Source: Ramazzottius varieornatus
Lineage: Eukaryota > Animalia > Tardigrada
DNA: 64,000 nucleotides
Assembly (NCBI GenBank): GCA_001949185.1
Contig: BDGG01000008.1
Span: forward strand, 124,001 to 188,000
Direction: 5' to 3'
Shown here: positions 39,001 through 51,000 of the stretch, piece by piece
Position numbering within the stretch: the stretch's first letter is position 1
Layout of the letters: the number at the start of each line of letters is the position of its first letter
Notes under the pieces: model-generated
Told to the model about the DNA's origin: nothing
The model's input: the letters and a program-made list of their open reading frames with translations, nothing else
The model's database searches: none
Program-made: the position numbers and the translations under genes

Positions 39001-42000
39001 TTTTCTACCTAACTTTTTGGGATATTATAGCTATGAGGAAAAACATCAACAAATGGTGCAAGTCGAAGAGGCTCGTCGCATGCAGAAATCCACAGCAGCC
39101 ACTGTACAACAGCGGAATAAGATGGAAGAGCAGATGATAACTGGTGGGTTCTCAGTGAACGATATCCAAGGCTTGACTGCCCAAGATCGCTTCAGCCGTG
39201 AGCAGTCGGAGGATACAATGGACGCCATGATGGGTGACATGGTGGACGAAGCTCCTCGTATCAGTGCTCGAATGTCCCTCAGCGCCGCACCGCGCGCTTC
39301 ACTGGGCGTTGATAAGAACCAACGTCAACGTGGCATCATGAAGAAGACACAGTCTCTGGAGGTCGCCGAATCCCCCGACGAACCAGGCACTTCCGGAGGT
39401 GTCACGTTTATGCAACCCCTGTCTAACAAGCGAATGCCTCGAAGTGCCAGTGAGGACAGATTCGGTCCAAAGTAAGTGTTTCGGTTCACTATTTCGATCA
39501 TATGGAAACTGGATGAACAAAATGTACAAGATTGTTATTTTAAGCAGCGCATGCTTTCAGCCTATAACAACGAAACCGTGCGCCACTTGAATGCATGATC
39601 TTGTACGTATGCTTTGTTCTCCCAGAATCCCTATACCATTGTTAAACTTTGAGATTGAAGGTGAATTCAATGTGAAATTGAGAAAATAATTTGATAATTT
39701 TTGTCTGATCTGAGTTTGGTTGAAGCGAGTGGTGTGCGGTGGATTGCATTGTGTAAATCCCCATTATAGTTCGCGCGGGCCCACGGCCTCCTCCAGAGAC
39801 CCTAGTTTGAGCATGGTCAATATCGACTGTTGCACTTTTGATCATAGTGCTCCGGGGCCCGACGGAAAGCTAAAGAAGCGCTCGGCAAGCCCTTTCTCCT
39901 ACATCACAAAGAAGATCAAAGAAGCCAAGCATAGGTCCGTTTCCAAAGAACGTCTGGACAAAACAACGCTACCTGGCGGACTGCGTACCCCAGACATCAC
40001 GTTGGCGGCTGGCAAGTCTGGTGGTCCCTCTATTTCCCTCAGAATTCCAGACCAACAACAATCCTTCGAGTCTGGTGATATGGTCGGAAATGGTATGAAT
40101 TCACAGCATGTGGCTTTTGGGTTCGATAACGAAGCCGTGCGTCCCAGTTCCACTGACAGCAGATATGAGGCTGACATGGACGTCGCGAACTCGAACTTGT
40201 TTGACTTGATTTCGGAGTACAACTACTCAGTTCGAATTTTCCCTGGTCAAGAAGCGAAACAAGTCTATATGGGCTGGGTCACTCCGGACTTTCACCACGC
40301 CGAAAGACCGTTCTCCATGGAAAGCATCCGTCGAGCTGAAGTCAAGGTCCGTATCTCGTCTTATGGTTTTTCACTTTTATTCACATTTTCGAAGTCTTTG
40401 GTTGTGATGATGTGGTCATGCGGTTGCTCTTCTAGGTTTTGGACGTGGGCGGTCAGTTGAAAGATCACTGCTTCTTCCAAAACTCCTACCTTGTGAGTGC
40501 TGGTGAGCTGCAGGAGCAAGCAACAAGTCAGGGTGTCCAAGAAAAAGGCCGTGGTTCTTCCACACCGGGCATAGTCATCAGCTCGAGCATCGATGTGGCA
40601 ACTGGTTTACTCAGTTTCAGCTTCAATGGTACAGAGATCGAGGACCGCTATCAGGTCGAGCCAGGAACGAAACTCTTCCCGGTTGTCTTCGTCGAGCCCA
40701 CGAGTAGAGACGTCGTCCAGTTCGAGTTCAACGGAACCAAAACAGCCTTGCCCCTGTCCAGCGCTCTGTTCCACCGAGTAAGCGTTCGTAGTCGATATCG
40801 TCCTGAGGTTCTCGCGTAATCATCCGTCTGTCTTAGGATCATTCGATGGTGTCGCAATGTCCACCGCGTCTTCGCGTTCTGACGCTGCAGCCGTATCACT
40901 GGTCTCGGGTACCAAGCCAGGCTTTGCGCGTTCATGAGCTAAAGATGTCCGATGTCCGAGGTTGGAGCATGCTGTGTGATAATCCTGTCTCCATGTTAGC
41001 TGTCTACCTACCGGAAGAAGATCGATGTATAGATGTTCTCGAACTGATCGAGAACGAAGAACTGCTACAGTACGTTACAGTTTTATATGCAGAACAGGTT
41101 CATACACCCCATCACATCCAGGACATTACGCATCTGTTATGCCTCTTCCAGGTTCCATGCGCGGACGTTGGCGCTGTATTCTTCTATCTGCTCTCACGGC
41201 AATCACAAGGTGGCTCATGCGTTAGTGAACCATGTTGATCAGAAGCAGCTGCTTTTCGCAATTCAGAGTCCATGTAAGCCTCGAATACAAAACCGTTGTT
41301 TTCCACTGGAAGATGGAACAAGAGGCGCTTTAACCATTTTCACCATAGATTTATCTGGAGCATTACGACAAGCGTTCCACGACCTCTTGGTGGCCCTGCA
41401 TTTGGATTTCCACGCAAAAGCCATGTTCAACACCCGCGATGAGTTTGTAATTCCTGTCAAGAAACGGGTGGACGGGAGGAAAGGTGGCCGTGGCGGACTT
41501 ATGCGACAACAGTCCAGCATCAACCCAGCTCAGTGCACTTCGCTTCGTCCTCTACTCAACATCAGGGATAAAATTTCCAGCGCAGGGTAAGTGTGGGATA
41601 CATAGCTATAGATTTATATCCATCTGCGGGCATTATATCCATTGTATCTGCAGGGAGGACCAGGTGGACATAAAAAATATGACAGCTCCATCTTTTCCCC
41701 TCTCAACTTTAAAAACCCACAGTAAGGCTCTTCTACGTCTGCTGGCTCTAACTACAATCAGAATATCCCAATTACCTTCGTTTCCAATTTAGTCATGGAT
41801 GCTCTTGCCGACGGAGTTCAGAAGGGTACGTCGCATTCGAGGGATCCAATCGGTGGAACGTACGAAAACTTCTTCGTGTAAGTACTGCTCGGGTTAGCGG
41901 TTTCCTTTGTATTGCTCCCAGGCCTCAGATTTCTCTTCTTATAGGCCACTTCTCAAGATCGTGGACCAGCTGTTGCTAATTGGCTTTCTTAACCAAGACG

Positions 42001-45000
42001 ACATGGACAGGCTGCTGAACATGCTGGATCCAACAAAGTTCACTAGCCAAATTCATAATGGTACTTTATTGCATGTGTCCGTTTCAGCGTTGGCTTATTC
42101 TTTCCATGCCCAATACGTGGTAACACTGATACTTGATTCTTAGGTCTGAACGGTCGCGGTCTGGTCCACATGCAGCTGGACGAGAACGTGAAGCTGCAGC
42201 TTTGCTACGTTCTTCAGGACCTTTGCGATGACCGCATCCGCAAGCGGATCGAAGAGCTTGTCGCATTTTCGGAGGAGTACGTTGGAAAAGCGCAAGCGGT
42301 TGGTCATCCTAGTAATGTTTCCCCATAGTAGTGGCATTAGTCTATAATGATATTCTGTTCTACCCTTATCCAGGATCAGTTACACCGTTACGTCGAAATT
42401 AAGCAAGAAGATCTACCGGCCTCGATAGCCGCCAAAAAGACGAAGGAATTCCGCTGTCCGCCAAAAGAGCAGGTACTGTACAGGAGCGAAGAACCCTAGT
42501 TGTATATAACAATTTGACGTTCGAAAATGAAATCGTAATAATGGCCAATGTTCGTAGATGAAAATGCTGCTGGCGTTCAAGAATGTCGAGGAGGAAGAAT
42601 CGGCTTCTTGTCCATCTCCTGAGGAAGTTCGTGCGGAACTGACCGACTATCATAGTGCTTTGGTTGCTCGGTTAGGTCCTCAGCCCGAAGAAAAAGGTAA
42701 GTGCCCATGTTGAAATGGTATACTCGTCCTCACTTTGTCTTCCTCGATATCTACTTCTGCACCGTCTTATTTCAACGAAAATTCTTCCAGTACGTGATCT
42801 TTGTTTTATTTCTCCTGTGTTTCATCCAGTTACTCGGTTCACTCGTTCGTTTGGCTTCTCCAACGGTATTTGTGACACTTCTTGAGCACGAAAATCATTT
42901 TCTTGCGTCATTTTCTTGCGCTTGACAAACTTTCTTTGTTGCTCTGCTTCCGTCATGTTTCGTTTGTTTCACGGAAGATTTCTTGCTAACATTTTGTATT
43001 TCTGCAGAGGTGCTGACCGACATGATCAAGCAAAGCATAATCAGATGGGCCGCAGAGTCTCAAATCGAGTCGCAAGACCTCATCAAGGAAATGTTCTCCC
43101 TGATGCATCGACAGTACGACGGCATTGGAGAGATGCTGAACGCCATGAAGAAGGCTTACGTCATCAGCACAGCCAACGTGACCGATGTTACCAACATGTT
43201 CACCTCTCTGGTTCGCATCCGCACGCTGCTATCAGTTCAGATGGGACCTGACGAAGAGGAAGTACTTCGATATTCTTTATGGTAAGTTTTTCCGAACCGT
43301 TCAAAAAAATGAAAGTTCAAAATCGCACAACCAAAAAGATCGCACACAAATTCTCGCAGCAGTGGATGAGAAGGGTCAGAAAAGACGGACAGAAATTTGA
43401 AAACTTAAGACCTGTACATGTTCCACAAAAGGATTTTAACAGTTCAGTCAGTCAAGCAAGCTCTGGGTAACTGGGAGGACCCATTTTGGCCAGTGCGTCT
43501 TCAGGAGTCATCTTCTTTCGGGTGACGAGGTCCTTGAACCGCTGTTGGCGGAGTTTGTAGCTATAACGAGAAGAACTTCGGAAAATCAGTCGGTCTTGAT
43601 ATCGGTACCGTAGAACATGACCATGAAACCTCTCTGTAACTTTAAGAAAAACGTACGGTGAACTATCGAAAAAAGAGACTGGCCGGGGAACATACTGGTC
43701 CATAAGGTCGTCAGTCAGCTTGACCTTGTCGTTACGAGGCGAAGTAGAGACCTCCATGCGATTCACGACGGCTGGAATATTGAGCAGCAGGGGAGCAATG
43801 ACTTCGGCCGAGGAAACCTTGGGCGACTCCACCGACGGAAGATTCATCGCCAGCCTACCAGGGATGAACTCGGGAACTTCCGGATTGAGCACAATGGATT
43901 CCGAGCTCTTCTTGAAACCAACTGCAGAGTTCGATAGGCCGACCTGACTCGTGGGCGAACCTACGAGATCAAGGTGGCATACAGTACACTTCCCGCCTTC
44001 ACTTTAGATCAAGTTCATTTTCGCTCCCCAGTTGCGAAATGATTTTTAAGATGTTGGAAACTTTGTTTGCTGTCAACACGATATGACACTTGTTCAACTC
44101 GTAGACAAGCAAAATTATCGGTGGTTGCAATATCTAACTGAACGAAAAACGAGAAAATATTTAGAAGCACACTTACTTCCTACGACTCTGACATTGGGAA
44201 GTTTGGGCTTCTGATCACCCAACAGCAGTTCTTTGAGGCTTCTGGCTCGCTCCAAGTTCGTAATTTTTTTGGAGGGGAGATCTTCAGCTGTAATATACGA
44301 AATAATGAATTTTCGAACGGTTGTGCGTCAACTAACAAGTCCAGTTTTCACCAAAGAAAACTTACCGGCTGTTCGCTTCGCCTTTCGTTTACCAACGCCA
44401 GACTTGATCGACAAGGAAGACAATGGCCGGCCGGCATGAGACTGCCTTCCAGAGTTGCACGAGGTTTGGGACATGCTGCTGACGGCCCGGTTCAGCACCC
44501 TAGTAGCTTGGTCATCGGGGTAGGACGGTACGAGGTAAGGAGACACTGCGCTGTTTGGTGGAGGACCAAGGAACTCTTGACTTTCAATCGAGAACTGCTG
44601 CGAGTAGAGCTCCGGGGAGAGTCGGAAAGGAATGGGCTTAACGGCACCGTTTCCTGTTGAGGACAAGTATGGCACAATTCGCAGTCAGCAGGCAAACATT
44701 CGACAGAATTAATAGATAGAAGCGCGGCAAGAAACACGACAAAATTGCTTTCCCCCAAGTCGCGCACGCTGTCACTTCTACAGGCTCCGAGCGTCCACTT
44801 GGAAAAACGATCTTGTGAACTTTGTTTGGCGGAATTAAGCTCAATCCCATATCTTTGGTTTATGAGAGAAAGAGATCAGAGGGAGCCAAAAGGCTTACCG
44901 TTTAGCATCCCGCTTGCCGATCCCAGGCTGCTTGATTGGGAATTCAAGTCTTGCACCATGTTCACGTCCAACCCCGAGATGCTTGTGATGTCTGATCGGA

Positions 45001-48000
45001 AGGAATTTGGTTCGGCATTGCGCGCCTTGCTGTTTTCCGCCGCTGTAAAAGACAAAACATGGAACCAGATGTGTTTGTCAATCAACAGATTCCGTTATCT
45101 ACACGAAGCTGAGGTTTACCTCGCCTCTCGAGCAAACCGCGGAAAACCTGTCCCGATGATGCTGCAGAGCCGGGCTCCGTCTTGCTGTCTTCCCAGCTTG
45201 CGCTATTCATTAGTTTGATGGCTCGTTCGTCTGTTAGCCAGTCGTGAAACTCTTTGCCAAAGACCCGCACCAGCTCTTCAATGGCCATTCCCAGGACCAG
45301 TGTACGAGGAAGCTGGAGCATGCCGCTGTAGGGTCCAACAAGGAAGTCGCGCTTCTCGTGCAGGCCTGCCAGCGACTCAGTCTTCTGCTTGGAAACTCCG
45401 TCCGCATTCGAAGGATCGACTTGTGGTAAACTGCTGCAAGTAAAAGTCGCAGAGTTAGAGACTGAGGAAAAAAAAGAAAGCTCATGATTTGTAATGAGCT
45501 TACGGAGTTTCTGTCTTTGTCGAATCAACCGTAGGTTCCTGCACAGCCTGTTCTTGATTGGTGACAACCTCTTCGATCGTTCCCTCATTCACTTCCTTCG
45601 TCTCTTTTTTCCCCTCCACACTTTCTTCCGCGCTTACTTGAGCCTTGATGAATCCTGACGTCGGGGACTGCTCATCAGATGTGGACGACTTGTTATAGGG
45701 TTGGTGACAGTGCTGAAAGAGGTCTGGATTTTGCAACGAGGAAGTGGGCTCTGGGGTTACAACGGCCTTTTCTTCTTCCGAACCTTTGCTGGAATTTCTT
45801 GAGGGAAACCTAATGGTAGGCTTTTCTGGCTTGGACGTCGACTCTTCCCATTCCATCAGCGCCGAAGGGGGCGAAGGATTGCTTCTGCCTTGCTGAACCG
45901 GAACGACTGGGAGCTTCGGACTGTCAACTTCACTGGCTACTGGATCAGGCAGCTGCAACATCCCCATGCGGTTGTATCCCTTCTTCTGACCATTCTGACC
46001 GGTGGAAGACATTCTTGCGATTCGGAGTTTGTCTGCAAGACTGGCAGAAAAATAAAAGAAGTTCAAATCTGAATTTTTAGGCAACGGGAAATTCCAAAAA
46101 ATAATCGCAAGAGGAAGTCGTAACAAAATGATATCTGCGTTTGCGAAAATGCAAAATGCAAGAATGGCTGCCGTTATTCGAAATTCAGATCCGAATTCAG
46201 AAAACAACAGAGTGGGCTGATATGAGTCGGTTAGCTCAGCAGCCAGTCGTCAGAAGATCCGGTTGATAAGATCTACCGCTCTTTCTTGGTAACTCACACG
46301 CACGACGCGCAGGAACACGGAAGTGCGGGTTTGTTTGTACATGGTGCTCAAAGTCCCTACAACAAAAAGCACAACAGGGAAAAGTTCATAATTTAATCGT
46401 ATCAAAATGGACGCGAAGTAGATACGACAATAAAATAACGTAAGGATTGACTACAAGTACGAGGTAAAGGTTGTGAACTTAGCTATCCCGTACCGGGTTT
46501 GTAAAGTTAGCCTTGGCTGTAGCGTCTATCGCTTGATTGACTATTTGATTGTCAGTCTGGCTTTTTAACATGAGATTTCAACGTTCTTTTAATTGCGGAT
46601 CTCTTGGATTCTCTGACTCCTCGTGTTGACTGTGCCTAATACCATTCGACAGCTCATTACTTTATCTATCGATCTATCCTTAAAAGTTTGGGATTGAGTA
46701 GTAGAGAACAGGCGAACTTAGACGGCTAACTTTACAACCTTTCCCTCGTACATCTCTAAATCACGCGAAGTTTCTTCCAGGGAACTGATGAACAACAAGG
46801 TGTTCTTTCAACACCCTGATCTCATCGGGATGTTACGCATCCATGAGAACGTGATGACCGTAATGATGAACACAATTGGCAAATCGCAAAACGTACCGGA
46901 AGCCGATCGTCAAGGCGTCCAACAAGATACACAAAAAGTAAGAACCGCGAAATTTTTGGGCTGTGTGGAGATCTGGAAAGACGTATTACCGTATGGAGAA
47001 CTTTCACAGGATACCACAGCGGAAATGGTCGTGGCGTGCTGTAAGTTCTTATGCTACTTCTGTCGTACCAGCCGAGCGAACCAGAAGGCTATGTTCGAAC
47101 ATCTGGGATATCTGCTGGACAACAGCAGCATGCTGCTCTGTAAGTCACCGATAAATGTCCTCAATCTTGCAATCAGCAAAGAAACATCTCTGGGTGACAC
47201 CTTTTTGTACCGCAGATCGTCCATCTTTGAGAGGATCCGCACCGCTAGATGTCGCTTACTTCTCCCTAATGGACAACAGCGAGCTGGCTCTTTCGCTCCG
47301 GGAAAGCCATCTGGAAAAGATCGCCACGTACCTTTCTCGATGTGGTCTACAAAGTAACTCAGAGCTCATCGCTAAAGGGTACACCGATGTAGGCTGGGAT
47401 CCAGTCGAAGGTGAACGCTACCTGGACTTTCTACGTTTCTGCGTATGGGTCAACGGCGAGAGTGTCGAAGAGAACGCCAACCTTGTGGTCCGGCTCTTGA
47501 TCCGTAAACCAGAATGCTTGGGTCCCGCACTTCGTGGAGATGGCCAGGGTCTCCTTCGCGCCATGCAGGGTGCCATTGCGTTGTCAGAATCCACTGCGGC
47601 CAACGTGGACCCTGCTATGAAGGAAGATGAAGACTACATCGATATGGGCGAGGCCATATTGAACTTCTATTCGGTCTTGGTGGACCTTCTGGGTCGCTGT
47701 TCGCCAGACGCCCAACAGTTGGTCGGTGCTAGGAGCGACTCAGTTCGAGCTCGTGCCATCTTACAGAGCTTGATACCGTTATCGGATTTGGAAGGAGTAC
47801 TGTCAATGCGGTTCTTCATCCCGAACTTCTCTGTACTTGAAAGTATGTCTTTTCTAACATGTGATAAGTTCTTCCATTCTAACCTTGGAGTTTCTTTCAG
47901 CTCTTCCACCCGGAGACATCCCGGAAGCCCCGCCGGCCCTACTTCCAAACCACAAACAGGCTGTTCTAGTCTTCTTGGAACGCGTGTATGGAGTGGAGGA

Positions 48001-51000
48001 AGCCGATCTATTTTTCCGTCTGTTGGAGGAAACTTTCTTGCCGGACTTGCGCGTTGCAACCATGATGGAGGGCGTAAGCGTTAGGGACCTGAAAGTATTT
48101 AACATGACAGACTTGAAAATTTATTAATATGGTTCTCCGATTTTTGTCCATAGAAATTGGCCGGGGAAAGTGATGCCAGCCTGGCACTCAACAGATACCT
48201 GTGTAATTCTGTGCTGCCTTTACTAACACGGCAGTCGCGGTTCTTCGCCAATGCCTCTCAGTACAATAGTCTTCTGGAGGCGACCTTGCATACCGCGTAC
48301 CAACTGTCCAAAGTCATCAACCTCACCAAGAACCAGCGAGAGGTCATCTCCGAGTTCCTCCTTGCTTTGATCAGGTACACACCATTCGGTCGGATTATAA
48401 TATGGTACTGCGTACCGTTCTCTTAACTTACGATCCTTCCACAGAGAAATCGAGCCTGCAATGATGGAAGGACTGCTCCGTAAGCTCATCATTGACGTAT
48501 CTGCCTTGTCAGAGCATAGCACTGTTGCGTTAAAGGCAAGTATATAACAACACTGGATGTATTTCACTGGAACGTTAAAGTAGAGCCGCCTTTTTCCACT
48601 CTCTAGCTTCTGACTCTGCATTTCGACCGATGCGGAAAATACTACGGAAGTTCAGGTGGATTTGGCAATTATGGTAAGATTTCACCTATTCCGGAACTTA
48701 GAGGTTTCGCTTCTAACCGTGGTTTGTTTTTCTCCGCCCAACTTCAGTTCTCTTTGTTTTACCCTTCTTAATTTTCCCCTGTTTGCTTACGTGTCTTTGT
48801 AGGTACTGCGTCGGAAGCTGAGAAACGATTGACCATGATGCTGTTCAGTCGGATCTTCGACTCGCTGGCTGGCCGCAATTACGACCCGGAGTTGTTCAAC
48901 TATGCTCTGCCGTGTTTGTCTGCTATCGGTAGTGCACTGCCACCTGATTACGCATTAGTCAAGACCGAGGAAGACGAGATCATTGCGAACAGGGCAGCCG
49001 AAGTAGCCGGGCAAGCTGCTTCCGGTGTGGTGGCGAAAAGGGGATACCATCCGAAACCTGTCGAAACTTCCTCGTACGTCTTCACGACACAGGATAAGAA
49101 CTTTCTTACCGAAAACTATGGACAGAGCCATTCACTGAGTCCATAGTAAACATTCGATCGTTCGTCTCGCACCTGCATACAAGTGCACAGCAATAAGACT
49201 AGCACCCTCTGTATGCAGGTGTCTGCATTAGATTGTACTCGGTTTGTCACCCTATCCCCACATCACCCGTCCAAATAATCGTCGTCACTTATTTTATCGG
49301 ACTGTTTTTCGGCCTAGGTTGTTTCTGAGTCCGGACCAGCAAAACATCGTCGGGCGATTCGCCGAGCACTACCACGACGTCTGGGCCCTGAAGAAGTACG
49401 AGGTCGGCTGGGGCTACCATCCCACCTACAGCGAAGAAGAGAAGGTTCATCCTCAGATGGAGGCTTTCAGCTACCTGACCGACAAAGACAAGGAAGAGTA
49501 CCGGCAGCCTGCCGAACAGGCCATCAAAGCCCTGCGCGCATGGGGATGGGAACTAGAACGTGGTGAAGAAGACTCGCGAAACGCTCGAACGCAGCTGATC
49601 AAACGACGACCCTCGCGGGCCTTTCAGGATCTCCCACATGGATACATCCCACGTCCTGTGGAATTAGGTCACGTGACTCTGAACAGAGAGCAAATGGGTC
49701 TGTCTGAAAGGTTAGCGGAGAACGCACACGATATCTGGGCGTTTGGTATGAAGCAGGAACTGGCGGCCAACCCTGATAGAGGAGTGATTTCTCAGTTGGT
49801 GCCGTACGACCAATTGACTGACGGAGAGAAGAAGCCATATCGGGACCGAGCTCAGGAGTTGCTGAAGTACCTGATCTACTCCGGGTACAGAATCAAGCGG
49901 GAGAAGCAGCCAGCGAGGAACCAAACGGCGCGTAGTGCGGGGTCGGAGATTGAGACCAGATTCGCCTACAGCTTGCTAGAGAAACTGTTACACTACTCAC
50001 AAGTTACCGCTGCCAAAATGAAAAGTAATGTCCCAAGTTCGACACTCACGAGGCGAAGAAGCTATAAGGAAACTCCGGGAGATGTGAACTTCTTCACCAA
50101 GGTTTGGATACTATGCGCTTGGCTATAAATAATTATTATGATGCCTGGTGGAAATTTTTACTCATTCTTTAGGTCGTTTTGCCATTGGTTGAGCAGTACT
50201 TCCGGTCACAACGAAACTACTTCCTCTACTCGCCCGACTCTGCCGTTGATGGCTTCGGTGCTGCTTCTCCAAAAGAGAAAGAAATGGTAGCCAGCCTGTT
50301 CTGTCGATTAGCCATGCTGGTCCGTACCAAAGCTTCATCCTTTGGGTATGACACCAAGATGGCAGTACAGTGCCTGCAGATTTTGTCGCAAGCAATTGAC
50401 TGCACTTCCCTGATTCGCAACAGCCTCGACTTCGTGCGAACTAGCTTCCTGACGTTCTTCAACCAGGCGGCTCACGATTTAGCCAGTACCGTCAACTACC
50501 TCAAAGCGCAGTACTTCCCGGCAGCTCGCGGAACCACGCCCAAAAAGTCCACGTCGCTCGGATATGTCGAAGGTGTCCTACTCCGTGTTCTGACATCCTT
50601 GTTCGACCATATTGGTTCAAACAACTTTGGCAAAGAAATCTTGATCAACGAAATCCAGATAGCTTGCTATTCGATTTTGGATTCTCTGTATACTCTAGGA
50701 ACGACAGGAGGTAATAAATAATCTCATTTTCAATTCGATAAAGCAAGTCGGATTAAGAATTGGAATTTTTGTTACAGGTACATTGGCGGCTGGTCGACGA
50801 CTCTTCGAGGAGATCACAGTCTCCAACCGCCCGCTCTTAGGCGCTTGTTTGGCTGCGTTCGCTAGCACGTTCCCCGTAGCCTTCCTGGAGCCCGAATTTA
50901 ACACAAACAATCCATCCTGTATACTGGGTCGAGCTCAAGAACAGTCTTTGGAAGCGCAGGACATCATGAGCCGACTATCAGCAAGCTTGCCGACGATGGA

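Noticed and set aside
42700-42960. Antisense K/E-rich mini-ORF or inverted RyR exon
   Set aside because: Only ~44 codons, explained by the pyrimidine richness of the sense intron; the flanking RyR exons splice in frame without it.
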